Shown: piece by piece, positions 1 through 11,678 of the stretch | How the letters are laid out: each line of letters opens with the position of its first letter | Position numbering within the stretch: the stretch's first letter is position 1 | Source: Buchnera aphidicola str. APS (Acyrthosiphon pisum) | GTDB taxonomy: Bacteria; Pseudomonadota; Gammaproteobacteria; Enterobacterales; Enterobacteriaceae | Assembly (NCBI RefSeq): GCF_000009605.1 | Contig: NC_002528.1 | Location: forward strand, 600,001 to 632,000 | Length of the DNA stretch: 32,000 bases | Reading direction: 5' to 3' | Made by a program: the position numbers and the translations under genes | Notes under the pieces: generated by a model | What the model was told of the DNA's origin: nothing | Seen by the model: the letters and a program-made list of their open reading frames with translations, nothing else | The model's database searches: none

Positions 1-113
1 TTTCCAAATTGTAAAACAATACCACGCTCTCCTTCTTTTACAATAAAAAAAGAAGAAGACAATATAAGGAATAAAACACTAGATGCAAAAATAAGAATTT
101 TGTTCATATTCAT
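1..113 (-). CDS. hflC: HflC, N-terminal fragment running off the window edge
   Basis: Reverse complement of 113..1 reads M(NM)NKILIFASSVLFLILSSSFFIVKEGERGIVLQFGK, typical of HflC. ATG 113-111 overlaps the hflK stop TGA 112-110 (ATGA). Confidence 0.9.
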   Translation of the reverse strand, partial: MNMNKILIFASSVLFLILSSSFFIVKEGERGIVLQFG

Positions 114-1342
114 TCTCTTCCTATTTTCTTAAGATCGCTTCGAATAGAATTAATACGGCGTTGTTCTGAAATGTTATCAGGAGATAAAAAAGGAAAATAA
201 TTAGTATTTTTTACTTTTTTATTAAAAGGAGAATGATTTTTATTAATTTTTATATGATCTTTAAAATTTTTATTAGGTATTTTTATTTTAGAAAAAAAAT
301 TGTCTAAAGAGAAAAAAAACATTGGGTTATTATTTGTATCAATAAATATTTTTTTATTTTTTCTTAATAATCTCTCCATAGACTCTATATAAAGACGTTT
401 TAATGTTATTTTTTTAGCTATTCTATACTCAGGTAAGATTTTAGAAAAACGAGCTACTTCTCCTTGAGCTTGTAGAATTATACGTGATGAATATGATTTA
501 GCTTCTTCTAAAATTCTTTGTGCTTTGCCATTAGCTTTAGGTTTAACTTCATTTGAGTACGCTTCAGCTTCTCTTACATATTGCTCACGATTTTCACGTG
601 CTGCAATTGCATCATCAAACGCAGCCTTTACTTCTTCAGGTGGTCTTGCTGTTTGAAAATTGACATCTAATATTGTAATTCCCATTTTATATGGTTTAAT
701 TGTGTTTTCAATTTCTTTTTGAGTATCACTTCGTACTAAAGTACGACCTTCTGTTAGTACTCGATCCATAGTTGAATGACCAATTACACCTCTTAATGCA
801 CTATCTGTTGCTTGACGCAAGCTATCATCTGGATAACAAACGGAAAAAAGATAATCAGCAGGATTAGTTATTTTATATTGTACATTCATCTCAACACGTA
901 CTACATTTTCATCAGCAGTTAACATGATACCTGACGTAGCTAATTCACGGACAGTTTCAACATTTACAGGTTTAACTTCATTAAAAAAAACAGGTCTCCA
1001 ATTTAATCCTGGTTGTACTAAATGACTGAATTTACCGAAACTAGTAACAACGCCACGTTCAGCTTCTGTAATAGTATAAAAACCACTAACACCCCAAATA
1101 AAAAAACTTATAAATATTATTATTGAAAAGGGATAGGTTATTTTTTTTGATGAATTTGAAGAATCAGTTTTTTTAGTAATAATATTTTTAAGATTATATA
1201 AAAAGTTTTTTATATCTAATACAGTAGTTTTTTTTTCATGTTTGTTATCTGAACAGTTTTTACTTTTACTGTCCTTATTCCCCCACGGATCAAAATCAGG
1301 TTTATTATTATTTGGTTTATTCCAAACCATCGTGTACCTCAT
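110..1342 (-). CDS. hflK: HflK, membrane protease modulator (SPFH family)
   Basis: 410-aa ORF with AWNKPNNN-like N-terminus, TM segment and SPFH domain (EAERGVVTSFGKF...LDVNFQTARPPEEVKAAFDDAIAARENREQ), matching HflK; adjacent to hflC. Confidence 0.95.
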   Translation of the reverse strand: MRYTMVWNKPNNNKPDFDPWGNKDSKSKNCSDNKHEKKTTVLDIKNFLYNLKNIITKKTDSSNSSKKITYPFSIIIFISFFIWGVSGFYTITEAERGVVTSFGKFSHLVQPGLNWRPVFFNEVKPVNVETVRELATSGIMLTADENVVRVEMNVQYKITNPADYLFSVCYPDDSLRQATDSALRGVIGHSTMDRVLTEGRTLVRSDTQKEIENTIKPYKMGITILDVNFQTARPPEEVKAAFDDAIAARENREQYVREAEAYSNEVKPKANGKAQRILEEAKSYSSRIILQAQGEVARFSKILPEYRIAKKITLKRLYIESMERLLRKNKKIFIDTNNNPMFFFSLDNFFSKIKIPNKNFKDHIKINKNHSPFNKKVKNTNYFPFLSPDNISEQRRINSIRSDLKKIGRE

Positions 1343-1486
1343 TTATTAGTTTTTTTACTAAAACAAATTTTAAAATAATTTAAAAGTTATATTTTTTTAT
1401 CATTAGATCTGAAAAAAGATATAATTAAAATAAAACATCTTATACTTTTATAAGTAAAAATAAATTTTTTATAAATATGATAATAT

Positions 1487-2436
1487 TTATACAGAAAAAT
1501 CGTTCTTTTCAAGTACATCTAATACTTTTTTTGCTAAAATAGTAGAAGTAGAATGGTATTCTATTTTGTTAATATTTTTCCAGTTTTTTAACCATGTCAA
1601 TTGATGTTTAGCAAGTTTTCTCGTAGCATGTATTATCTTATTGAACATATCTTTATAACTATTTTTATATTCAAGATATTCCCACATTTGACGATATCCT
1701 ATACATCGAATAGATGGTAAATTTTTATGTAAATCTCCTCTTAAAAATAATATTTCGACTTCTTTTTGAAAACCTAACATCAACATTTTTTTTATGCGAA
1801 GTTCAATTTTATTGTTTAACCATTCTTTATTCGGAGGTATAATTGCAAATTGAAAAATATTATATGGTAATTTATAGTTATTCTTTTTTTTTAATTCTGT
1901 TAAACTTTTTCCAGAAAGATAAAAAATTTCTAGAGCTCTTATTAACCTTTGAAAATCATTTTTATGAATTCGACTCGCAGAGATGGGATCTATTAATTTT
2001 AGTTTTTTATACAAATAATTTTTTTCATAGCTTTTTTGTATCAAGTATTCACGAAGTTTAATATTAGATGGTGGTAAAATAGATAATCCATGTAATAACA
2101 CATTATAATAAAACATGGACCCACCAACAAGACAAGGTATTTTTCCTAATTTAATAATTTCATCTATTTCTCTTAAAACATCTTTTTGAAATTCTGCAGC
2201 TGAATAATTTTCAACTGGATCTTTAATGTTTAATAAACGATGGGGATGATTATATAAATCAGAAAAGCTTGGCTTATCTGTTCCAATATCCATTCCGCGA
2301 TAAATTAATGCTGAATCTACACTAATTAATTCTATTGACAAATATTTTCTAAGACAAATAGCAAGTTGACTTTTTCCACATGCTGTTGGTCCCATTAAAA
2401 AAATAACAACAGGTTTTTTTTTTTATAAAAGTTCAT
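1487..2436 (-). CDS. miaA: tRNA dimethylallyltransferase MiaA; 5' end interrupted by a 1-nt frame break at an A11 tract (likely real start 2436, in-frame ORF only from 2395)
   Basis: MGPTACGKSQLAICLRKYLSIELISVDSALIYRGMDIGTDKP matches MiaA. Upstream ATG (2436-2434) overlaps the mutL stop TGA (2435-2433), and MNFYKKKK-PVVIFLMGPTACGKS is recovered if the A11 run (2424-2414) is read as A12. Confidence 0.9.
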
Positions 2437-4187
2437 ATTTTTAAAATACATAATGCTGCATTAATATTTATTTTTTGTAATAATTTTGATGGAGGATTTA
2501 TTAGTAATAAAGGACAATAATATTCTATTTCTAAAAGCACTTCAATTCCACGAATATAAGTCCAATTTTTTAATTCTATAAAAACATTAATATAAAACCA
2601 ATCTACTATGTCTGAAATGAAGACTTGTTTTTTAAGAAATAAAAAAGCAAAAAAATTTGATATGATTATATGAAAATTGCATTTTTTTAAAAAAGCAGGA
2701 ATAGAAGATAAAATAACATATTTTTTTTTAAAAATTAAATGAAATCCAAATTTTGATAATATTTCTTTTTTATTAAATAAAATCAAGTATTCTTGAGATG
2801 TAAGATTAATTTTAATATTGCTTAAAAAATACTCAATTATATTTTCTTTTTGAATATTGTTTTTTAATTTTTGTTTTCTCACTATTCCCTTAGCTACAGG
2901 AAAAGAAAGTAATAAAAAATTATTATCATGATAAATTAAACCATAATATTTGTGTATTATTATAAGCAAACGCCCAATAGAAGATTCGTATTTCTCTAAA
3001 GGAGTGCTTTTTGAAATGAAATTATTATGTTTTATTTTATTTTTTATATTTTTGCAAATCTGTTTTTTTTTTAAAAAAATTGAAGATATCAATGTTAAAA
3101 AAGTAGGATCTGAATCATAAAAATAAAATTCTTTTTCTTTATTTAACTGTGTTTGTTTTTTGCATGAAAAATTAAAATAATATTTTTCTTTAATTTTTTT
3201 TAAATAAGAAAAAACAGCTTCATAAATAAATGTATAAACTACATCAGGATTATGAAATTTAATTTCATTCTTAGTGGGATGAATATTAATATCAATATTA
3301 AAAGATTCAATAGTTAGGTATAAAACAAATGATATATTTTTTTTTTGTTCTATTTTAGAATAAGCAGCACGAACAGCATTAACAAAAATATTATTATAAA
3401 GATATCTATTATTAACATAACAATACTGAATATTTTTTATTTTTTTAAAATTATAAGGATGAGATATCCAGCCAAATAATACCATTCTATATTTTTTTTC
3501 TTTTATTTCTAAAAATTCACTCGTATCAAGTGTGTCAAATATATCTTTTAATCTATTAATTTTATTTTTTCTATTATTTATAGAATTGTATTGTGTAATT
3601 AATTTATTATTATGTTTAAGAGAAAAATTTATATAGAAATGAGATAAAGCTATTTTTTTTACAACTTCACAGATCTTCGAAAATTCTAATTTTTTGTTTT
3701 TTAAAAATTTAAGACGAACTGGTATATTATAAAATAAATTATCTACTATAATAGTCGTTCCTTCTGGATGAGCGATTGGTTGCAAAATGATATTTTTACT
3801 ACAAAATCCTTCTAAATATATCTTTGCAGCAACATCGTTGAATCGAGTACAAGAAATTAAAGTTAATCTTGAAACGGCTCTAATACTAGCTAGAGCCTCT
3901 CCTCGAAAACCAAAAGTGGTCAGTTTATCTAAATCTGATAATGAGTTAATTTTACTAGTAGCATGATGACAAACTGCTAATAATAAATCTTTTTTATCAA
4001 TACCACAACCGTCATCTTTTAATATAATAGATTGAAATCCGCTATTTTCTACTATGATATTAATATTTTTCGATCCAGCATCTATGCTATTTTCTATAAT
4101 TTCTTTAACCACTGAAGCAGGACGTTCGATAATTTCTCCAGCAGAAATTTGACTAGATAAATCAGATGGTAATATACGAATAGGCAT
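2433..4187 (-). CDS. mutL: DNA mismatch repair protein MutL
   Basis: 584 aa, MPIRILPSDLSSQISAGEIIERPASVVKEIIENSIDAGS...DNGCGI...TFGFRGEALASI, GHKL ATPase motifs. Confidence 0.97.
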   Translation of the reverse strand: MPIRILPSDLSSQISAGEIIERPASVVKEIIENSIDAGSKNINIIVENSGFQSIILKDDGCGIDKKDLLLAVCHHATSKINSLSDLDKLTTFGFRGEALASIRAVSRLTLISCTRFNDVAAKIYLEGFCSKNIILQPIAHPEGTTIIVDNLFYNIPVRLKFLKNKKLEFSKICEVVKKIALSHFYINFSLKHNNKLITQYNSINNRKNKINRLKDIFDTLDTSEFLEIKEKKYRMVLFGWISHPYNFKKIKNIQYCYVNNRYLYNNIFVNAVRAAYSKIEQKKNISFVLYLTIESFNIDINIHPTKNEIKFHNPDVVYTFIYEAVFSYLKKIKEKYYFNFSCKKQTQLNKEKEFYFYDSDPTFLTLISSIFLKKKQICKNIKNKIKHNNFISKSTPLEKYESSIGRLLIIIHKYYGLIYHDNNFLLLSFPVAKGIVRKQKLKNNIQKENIIEYFLSNIKINLTSQEYLILFNKKEILSKFGFHLIFKKKYVILSSIPAFLKKCNFHIIISNFFAFLFLKKQVFISDIVDWFYINVFIELKNWTYIRGIEVLLEIEYYCPLLLINPPSKLLQKININAALCILKI

Positions 4188-4286
4188 TACCTTGTTCTCT
4201 AAATTTATTTAAAATGCTGTTTATAAAAAAAGAATAGCATTCTTTCAAATTTTGTAAAAAATAAGTTTTATAAATAATTTTAAAAT

Positions 4287-5444
4287 TCATCTAATTATTT
4301 TTTTAATTAAATTATATTCTAAAATAATAGAATAGACTTCTTTGCTATTTACAGGTAAATCACAAATTTTAATTATAGTACTTTCTAAACCTTGTTTTTT
4401 TATTGAAGATGAAAGCTCTATTGATTCCAAATCATTTTTATTATGGTAATAAAATGCTGCTGCAATACCTTTTGCTAAATTAGAATAAGGGAGATTGTAC
4501 TCAAAGGCACCCAAAAAAGGTTTAATTAAGCGATCTTCTCTTCTTAATTTTTGTAATGGATTTCTTCCTATACGTTCAAGTTTATCTGATAAAAAAGGGT
4601 TTTCAAAACGCAAAAAAATTTTTTCAATATAATCTAAATGATCATTTTTGTTGAAATTATAACGTTTTATTAACACTGATCCACTTTCTTCCATGGCAGA
4701 TCTTACGATAACACGTATTTTTTTGTCTGATATAGCATCCTGTATAGTTTTATAGTTTTTTATTAAACCAAGATAAGCCGCTATAGCATGTCCTGTATTC
4801 AATGTAAATAATTTTCTCTCTATAAAAGCATCTAAATTATTACTGAATTTCATATCAACTATTTTTGGGACTGCTCCTTTAAATTGATTAATATTTACAA
4901 TCCATTCTTTAAATTCCTCAACAGTTAAAAACAAATCATCTTTATTATTAATTGCAGGTATAATTGTATCAATACTGCAATCTATGAAGCCGATATATTT
5001 ATTTAAATAATCATGATATTTTATAGGTAAATTTTTGAGAACTACTTGTTTTAAAAAAGAACTTGATTTAATCTTGTTTTCACAAGCAATAATATTGAGT
5101 GGTTTTGTAAATTGATTTTTAATTTTGAATATTATTCCTTGCGTAATAATCAAAGCAATTTTTTCTAATGCAGTGGGACCTACGGCAGTTGTAATTAAAT
5201 CAACTGAAGAAATTATTTTTTTTATATTTGAATCGTTTGAATTTATAGCACTGACTCTTTTGATATTGACGGTTTTATTTTGATTAGAACCTATTATTTT
5301 AACAAAATATTCTCTATTATAATTAATAGCATCTACTATATTTTGATTAACATCAGAAAAAATAACACTAAAACCTGATTCTGATAGTGTTTTTCCAATA
5401 AAACCACGACCAATATTGCCAGCTCCAAATTGTAGTGCTTTCAT
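4287..5444 (-). CDS. mtlD: Mannitol-1-phosphate 5-dehydrogenase
   Basis: MKALQFGAGNIGRGFIGKTLSESG N-terminus; start trimmed from the ORF-track start 5456 to the ATG at 5444. Confidence 0.95.
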   Translation of the reverse strand: MKALQFGAGNIGRGFIGKTLSESGFSVIFSDVNQNIVDAINYNREYFVKIIGSNQNKTVNIKRVSAINSNDSNIKKIISSVDLITTAVGPTALEKIALIITQGIIFKIKNQFTKPLNIIACENKIKSSSFLKQVVLKNLPIKYHDYLNKYIGFIDCSIDTIIPAINNKDDLFLTVEEFKEWIVNINQFKGAVPKIVDMKFSNNLDAFIERKLFTLNTGHAIAAYLGLIKNYKTIQDAISDKKIRVIVRSAMEESGSVLIKRYNFNKNDHLDYIEKIFLRFENPFLSDKLERIGRNPLQKLRREDRLIKPFLGAFEYNLPYSNLAKGIAAAFYYHNKNDLESIELSSSIKKQGLESTIIKICDLPVNSKEVYSIILEYNLIKKIIR

Positions 5445-5485
5445 GATTAAGTCCAATTCAAATTTATATTAAAATTAATAATAAA

Positions 5486-7393
5486 TTAAATTTTTTCCAT
5501 CGTTAAAAGTGATAGTGCTTCTTTTATACTAGTAGTATGAGATAATCTTTGAATGGTATCTTTTTTATCTAATGCATTAGTAATATTGCTAACCACCATA
5601 ATATGTTCATTATTTTTAGCTGCAATACCAATTACGAGATATGCGATATCGTCTACATCTTCTCCAAAACGAACACCTTTTGGAAATTGACAAAAAATTA
5701 TTCCAGTTTTTAAAACAGAATCTTTTGCTTCAATAGTTCCATGCGGTAATGCTATTGATTCTCCTAACCAAGTCGAGGCCATTTTTTCTCTTTCTAACAT
5801 TGAATCAATATAATCAAACTTTACATAACCCTGTTTTACTAAATGCTTACCGACAATATTAATTGCTTCTTCTTTATTACTTGCATATTGATTAAGAATA
5901 ATGTTTTCTTCGTTCAACTGAAACAGAGCATCTTTTTTTTGTTGGGTATATTTGTTTACAGAATCAGTGTGATTGTCGTATAAAAAAACCATATTTTCTA
6001 CTAATTTTTTTACTAAATTATCATAAAAATGGTTATTTAGGAAGTTTTTTAAAGATATATGCTGAGAAAATGGTGCATTATCTTTAGCTCGATTTGTTAA
6101 GTTTTGATGTGTAATTATTAAATCTGCGTCTTGAGGTAATGCATTAATAGCCATATTTAAAACAGAAATATGATTTAAATTAGCATTTTTTATTTTTTTA
6201 CGAAGAATACTTGCACCCATTGCACTAGACCCCATCCCTGCATCACAAGCCACGATAATTGTTTTAATTTTACTAAAATTGAAATTATTAAAATCTTCTC
6301 TTGATGTTTTTGAATTAAAAGAATTTTTACCTTGCTTTACAGTATAGTTACTATCTTTTTGAATCGTATTAAAATCGTATTTCAATAATATAGAAGAACT
6401 TATAAAAGAAACTAAAAAAGAACAAGCAACAGAAATAATATTAGAAAAATATAAACCCTTCGGTGTCATGGCTAAAATAGATAAAATCGAACCCGGTGAT
6501 GCTGTAGAAATTAAACCACCGTGCAGTAAAACAAGAATAAAAATACCGCTCATACCTCCTAAAATAAGGGGGATAATTAATTTTGGTTTGATTAAAACAT
6601 AAGGAAAGTAGATCTCATGAATACCTCCGAAAAATTCAATTAATGCCGCCCCTCCAGAAGATTTAGATAATTCGCCTTTTCCAAAAAAAAACCATGCTAT
6701 TAATAAGCCTAATCCTGGACCTGGATTAGATTCAATTAAAAAAAATATAGAATGATTTTTATCTAATGCGTCTTGAATTCCCAAAGGAGAAAAAATTCCA
6801 TGATTAATAACATTATTTAAAAAAAATATTTTAGCCGGCTCTATAATAATAGATGTAAGGGGTAACAAATTATAAGATAAAATAATTTGTATTAATGTTC
6901 CTAAAAAATAAGAGACCCATTCAATAAATGGACCAATTGTAAAAAATGAAATTATTGCCAATAATATGCCTAGTATAGCAAGAGAAAAGTTATTTACTAA
7001 CATTTCAAAACCATTTTTTACTTTATTTTCTATCTTTTTATCAAAATATTTTATGGTCCATCCGCCCAAAGGTCCTGAAATCATAGCTCCTAATAACATT
7101 GGTATGTTAGTACTAGTAATAACACCTATAGTAGTTATACTGCCGATCAAGCCTCCTCTAGAACCCGAAATCAAACTACCTCCAGTATATCCAATTAAAA
7201 TAGGTAAAAGATAAAAAATCATAGGTGATATTAATTGTTCTAAAGTTTTGTTAGGTTGCCATCCTAATGGCATAAATAAAGCATTCATCATTCCCCATGC
7301 AATAAAAATACTTATATTAGGCATTATCATATTACTTAAAAATCGACCAAAATTTTGTATTTTTAATTTAATTAATGTCAACATAATAACCAC
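5486..7393 (-). CDS. mtlA: PTS mannitol transporter, fused EIICBA
   Basis: 635 aa; EIIC core, EIIB phospho-Cys motif [21 protein letters not shown] phospho-His motif ESIALPHGT. Confidence 0.96.
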   Translation of the reverse strand: MVIMLTLIKLKIQNFGRFLSNMIMPNISIFIAWGMMNALFMPLGWQPNKTLEQLISPMIFYLLPILIGYTGGSLISGSRGGLIGSITTIGVITSTNIPMLLGAMISGPLGGWTIKYFDKKIENKVKNGFEMLVNNFSLAILGILLAIISFFTIGPFIEWVSYFLGTLIQIILSYNLLPLTSIIIEPAKIFFLNNVINHGIFSPLGIQDALDKNHSIFFLIESNPGPGLGLLIAWFFFGKGELSKSSGGAALIEFFGGIHEIYFPYVLIKPKLIIPLILGGMSGIFILVLLHGGLISTASPGSILSILAMTPKGLYFSNIISVACSFLVSFISSSILLKYDFNTIQKDSNYTVKQGKNSFNSKTSREDFNNFNFSKIKTIIVACDAGMGSSAMGASILRKKIKNANLNHISVLNMAINALPQDADLIITHQNLTNRAKDNAPFSQHISLKNFLNNHFYDNLVKKLVENMVFLYDNHTDSVNKYTQQKKDALFQLNEENIILNQYASNKEEAINIVGKHLVKQGYVKFDYIDSMLEREKMASTWLGESIALPHGTIEAKDSVLKTGIIFCQFPKGVRFGEDVDDIAYLVIGIAAKNNEHIMVVSNITNALDKKDTIQRLSHTTSIKEALSLLTMEKI

Positions 7394-7558
7394 TCATATT
7401 CTTTAAAAAAATACAGTTTTTAAAATAATCTTCAAATTAAATATTAATAATTAAATTATTATTTTAATTTTTTAAAAAATAAATATTTTGATTAAAATAT
7501 ACGTATTTTGAAGAAGATTTCAATGTATTTTTTAGTTGTAATGTTTTAAAAAAAATTG

Positions 7559-9208
7559 TTAGATCATAAAAGATTTATAAAAATTAATTAAACCTTCAGT
7601 AGAAGCATCGTAAGATTTATTTTTGACGTTAATATTTAAATAATTATAAATATTTTGAGATAATTCTTTTCCCAATTCAACACCCCATTGATCAAAACTA
7701 AAAATATTTAATATATAACCTTGAACAAAAATTTTATGCTCATATAAAGCAATTAACGCTCCTAAATTATAAGGCGTAATTTTTCGAATTAAAATTGAAT
7801 TAGTAGGTTGGTTGCCTTTACATATTTTAAAAGGTAAAATTCTTTTAATATCATCTTGATTTTTTTTAGATAGAATTAATCGGTGTAAAATAGAATCTCG
7901 AGATTGGCCAAAAGCTAATGCTTGTGTTTGAGCAAAAAAATTAGATATTAATTTCATATGATGATTATTTAAATCGTTGTGTGAAAAAACTGGAGCAATA
8001 AAATCACAAGGAATCAATCTGGTACCCTGATGTATCAATTGATAAAATGCATGTTGACCGTTAGTACCGGGCTCACCCCATATAATAGGACCTGTTTGAT
8101 AATTTATTCTTTGACCATTTCGATTAATTGACTTGCCATTAGATTCCATATTAGACTGTTGAAAGTATGCAGAAAAACGATGCATATATTGATCATATGG
8201 AAATATTGCTTCTGTTTCAGAACCAAAAAAATTAGTATACCAAATACTAATTAAGGCTAATAATATCGGAATATTTTCTTTATAATTTGTATGATAAAAA
8301 TGATTATCCATAGCATGAGCTCCATCTAAAAATTTCTCAAAATTGTCAAATCCAATCGATAACATAATCGACAATCCTGCTGAAGACCATAATGAAAAAC
8401 GTCCACCTACCCAGTCCCAAAACTTAAAAATATTATTAATATTAATACCAAAATTTAAAGCGTTTTTTATATTAGCTGATAAAGCAAAAAAGTGCTTATC
8501 TAAAGCACTTTGATCTTGTGAATAATGTAAAAACCATTTTTTAGCACTGTGTGCATTAGTTATAGTCTCGTCCGTTGTAAATGTTTTAGAAGCGATTAAA
8601 AAAATAGTGTTTTCAGGATTTATTTTTTTTAAAACTTCAGTCAAATGCGTACCATCTATATTTGAAACATAATACATATTTAAATGATTCTTATATGGAC
8701 GTAATGCTTCAGTAACCATATATGGTCCTAAATCAGATCCACCAATTCCAATATTTACAACATTAGAAATAGATTTTCCCGTATAACCTTTCCATTCTCC
8801 ATGAATAACCATTTTTGAAAAATTTTTCATTTTTTCCAACAACGCATTAACTTCTAACATAATATTACAATTATTTAATATGATAGGACGATTAGTTCGA
8901 TTTCGTAGTGCTATATGTAAAACAGAACGATTCTCTGTTTTATTAATTTTAGCTCCAGAAAACATTAATTTTATTCCAGATTTTACATCAGTCTCTTTAG
9001 CTAGATTTAATAAATAAATTAAAGTTTCATCAGTAATTCGATTTTTTGAAAAATCAATTAACATTTCATTTTCAAAAATTATTGAAAATTTTTTAAATCG
9101 ATTCAAATCAGATGCAAATAGATCCCTTAAGTGAATATTTTTTATTTTTCTAAAATGATTTTTTAAATCTTGATAAGATTGAGTGTTATTAAAATTGATG
9201 TTTTTCAT
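7559..9208 (-). CDS. pgi: Glucose-6-phosphate isomerase
   Basis: 549 aa; [51 protein letters not shown]. Confidence 0.97.
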   Translation of the reverse strand: MKNINFNNTQSYQDLKNHFRKIKNIHLRDLFASDLNRFKKFSIIFENEMLIDFSKNRITDETLIYLLNLAKETDVKSGIKLMFSGAKINKTENRSVLHIALRNRTNRPIILNNCNIMLEVNALLEKMKNFSKMVIHGEWKGYTGKSISNVVNIGIGGSDLGPYMVTEALRPYKNHLNMYYVSNIDGTHLTEVLKKINPENTIFLIASKTFTTDETITNAHSAKKWFLHYSQDQSALDKHFFALSANIKNALNFGININNIFKFWDWVGGRFSLWSSAGLSIMLSIGFDNFEKFLDGAHAMDNHFYHTNYKENIPILLALISIWYTNFFGSETEAIFPYDQYMHRFSAYFQQSNMESNGKSINRNGQRINYQTGPIIWGEPGTNGQHAFYQLIHQGTRLIPCDFIAPVFSHNDLNNHHMKLISNFFAQTQALAFGQSRDSILHRLILSKKNQDDIKRILPFKICKGNQPTNSILIRKITPYNLGALIALYEHKIFVQGYILNIFSFDQWGVELGKELSQNIYNYLNINVKNKSYDASTEGLINFYKSFMI

Positions 9209-9521
9209 TAACGAATTTATCTCTCGTAAAATGTATAAAAAATTTTCTTATAAAGAAATTGTTATATATCTAAAAAATAAAAATATATTTTTAAATATTT
9301 TAAAAATTTAAAATTATTTTATTTTTAATGTGTATATAAAATATTTTAAATTTTTCTAGAATAATATATTCTAATCAAAAAATTTTTATATATAATTAAC
9401 ATATATAATATAGAAATTAAATAAAAAAAATCATTAATTAATAATTAAAAAAATTCTATTTTTATCTTATTAAAATCAAGTTTAATGTTAATAAAAAAAT
9501 ATTTAATAATTATGAAAAAAT

Positions 9522-10076
9522 ATGAAAATCAATAAAAAAAATTTAATCTGGATAGATTTAGAAATGACTGGACTGAATCCTAAAGTACATCGTATTATTG
9601 AAATTGCTACTTTAATAACAGATACTAATTTAAATATAATTGCAGAGGGTCCGGTAATTCCTATATATCAGAAGAAGGAACATATTTTAGTCATGGATGA
9701 ATGGAATAAGAGAATCCATGAAAACAATGGATTGATAAAACGTGTTGAAAAAAGTCTTTATAACGAACAAAAAGCCGAACATGAAACTATTCTTTTTTTA
9801 AAAAAATGGGTACCCATTCAAGTGTCTCCAATGTGTGGAAACAGTATTGCGCAAGATAGAAGGTTTTTATTTCAATATATGCCACATTTAGAAAATTATT
9901 TTCATTATCGGTATATAGATGTTAGTACGATTAAAGAATTAGCTTATCGATGGAACCCATCAATACTAGATAAGTTTAAAAAAAATCATTATCATAAAGC
10001 ATTAGAAGATATCCGTGAATCTGTAGTAGAATTGAATTTTTATAAAAAAAACTTTTTAAAATTTAAGAAAAAATAA
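9522..10076 (+). CDS. orn: Oligoribonuclease
   Basis: 184 aa; [30 protein letters not shown], DEDDh exonuclease, matches Orn. Confidence 0.96.
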   Translation: MKINKKNLIWIDLEMTGLNPKVHRIIEIATLITDTNLNIIAEGPVIPIYQKKEHILVMDEWNKRIHENNGLIKRVEKSLYNEQKAEHETILFLKKWVPIQVSPMCGNSIAQDRRFLFQYMPHLENYFHYRYIDVSTIKELAYRWNPSILDKFKKNHYHKALEDIRESVVELNFYKKNFLKFKKK

Positions 10077-10163
10077 TTTTTTACAAAAGAAAACTTGAAA
10101 AATTTATTTTATATATATAAAATAAATTTATAGTATAAAAAACTATTATATATATTTATTATT

Positions 10164-10239
10164 GCGGGAATAGCTCAGTTGGTAGAGCACAACCTTGCCA
10201 AGGTTGGGGTCGCGAGTTCAAGTCTCGTTTCCCGCTCCA
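10164..10239 (+). tRNA. tRNA-Gly (anticodon GCC), CCA encoded
   Basis: GCGGGAATAGCTCAGTTGGTAGAGCACAACCTTGCCAAGGTTGGGGTCGCGAGTTCAAGTCTCGTTTCCCGCTCCA; complete cloverleaf, 76 nt. Confidence 0.97.
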
Positions 10240-10291
10240 ATCATATTATCCAAAAATATTGTTTAAAAATAATTGATATAAAGGAAAATTT

Positions 10292-11241
10292 ATGATTTTT
10301 AATTCCTGCAAATGGATAATATTTTTTATATTTTTAATTTCATTTCACATCAAAGCTAATAGTATTTTCGTTAAAAAAAATAATCCCAAAAAAATACAAA
10401 ATTTTTTTTTAATACCGACTATTTAAAAAAAAGTAATAAAATATTATATCAGAAAAAAAAATTTTTTAAAAAAAATAATTTTTATTATAAAAAAGAACTG
10501 TCTGAAAATCAAAAAAATAATAATATATTGTCAAAAAAAATTACGATATTAATAGATGCAGGACATGGCGGATATGATCCAGGAGCTATTGGAATTCGAG
10601 GATTAAAAGAAAAAAATATTAATATCGAAATAGCACTAAAACTTGAAAAATTACTCAATCATGACAAGATGTTTTGTACAATCCTCACACGACACAATGA
10701 TTCTTATCTTTCATTGAAAAAAAGAAAGCAGTTACTTAAAAAAAACCAGGTGAATTTTTTAATATCAATTCATGCTGATTCTTCCAGAAAACAAAATGTA
10801 TCCGGAGCATCTATTTGGATAGTTTCAAAGACTAGAATAAATCGTGAAATTAATAATTATTTAAAAAACAAATCCACTCTTCTTTTTTCTAAAAAAATTG
10901 AAAACATATTTAAGCAAAATAAAAACGATTTTTTTTTAAAAAAAACTATTCTAGATTTACAATCTAATAATTTTCAAAAAATAGAGTTAGATCTATCTAA
11001 AGAAATACTAAAACAACTTGAAAAAAATACAAAATTAAATAAAAAATATCCAAATTATGCTAGTCTAGGCATATTAAGCTCTATTAACACACCTTCCATA
11101 TTAATAGAAACCGGTTTTATTACAAATATTTTAGAAGGGAAAAAATTAAAAACTACTAATTACCAAAACAAAATTGCTAATTCTATTTATCTAGGTCTCA
11201 AAAATTATTTTACAAAATCGTCTTATATATTAAAAAAATAA
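10292..11241 (+). CDS. amiB: N-acetylmuramoyl-L-alanine amidase (AmiB-like); signal-peptide exon separated from the catalytic domain by a 1-nt frame break
   Basis: Catalytic ORF (listed from TTG 10528) has ILIDAGHGGYDPGAIG...SIHADSS...ILDLQSN...PSILIETGFITN. Upstream AAGGAAA plus ATG 10292 encode signal peptide MIFNSCKWIIFFIFLISFHIKA; catalytic frame is open back to 10384. Confidence 0.85.
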
Positions 11242-11273
11242 AAGTTTTTTAAAAAATATTAATTGTATTATTA

Positions 11274-11311
11274 TTAAGCATCTAAACATATCAGAAAATC
11301 AAGATGCTTAA
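11274..11311. terminator. Inverted repeat between convergent amiB and rpmE
   Basis: TTAAGCATCT (11274-11283) / AGATGCTTAA (11302-11311), 10 bp perfect, 18-nt loop. Confidence 0.5.
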
Positions 11312-11348
11312 ATCTTAAAAAAATCAATTAAAAAATACAAGATAGTTT

Positions 11349-11567
11349 TTAATTTAATTCTTGCTTAGTAAACTTAAAGCGTTTTTTAAATCTTTCAACA
11401 CGACCTCCAGTATCAATGACTCTTTGTTTACCTGTATAGAATGGATGACATTTTGCACATATATCTAAATTTAGATTGTGATTGATAGTAGAAAAAATTT
11501 CAATTATATTTCCACAAGAGCAAGTAGCTGTTATCTTGGAATAACGAGGGTGAATTTTTTTTTTCAT
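11349..11567 (-). CDS. rpmE: 50S ribosomal protein L31 (zinc-binding form)
   Basis: [20 protein letters not shown]...[28 protein letters not shown]; four Cys conserved. Confidence 0.97.
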   Translation of the reverse strand: MKKKIHPRYSKITATCSCGNIIEIFSTINHNLNLDICAKCHPFYTGKQRVIDTGGRVERFKKRFKFTKQELN

Positions 11568-11678
11568 AAAAGTATTCTCAAATTAATTTAGAGTATCTAC
11601 ATTCGGATACAACTATTAATATATGAATATTAGAAAATTATCAATTTTTATTTATAAAAAAAGACATGAAGAAAATAT

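Noticed and set aside
1843-2061. Plus-strand 72-aa ORF
   Set aside because: Antisense to the well-supported miaA coding sequence; low-complexity F/L-rich translation expected in AT-rich DNA.
6966-7214. Plus-strand 82-aa ORF
   Set aside because: Antisense shadow of mtlA; no start context or recognisable motif.
5486-7393. Whether MtlA is also damaged by slippage
   Set aside because: The frame is intact from EIIC through the EIIB Cys and EIIA His motifs, so no interruption is supported.
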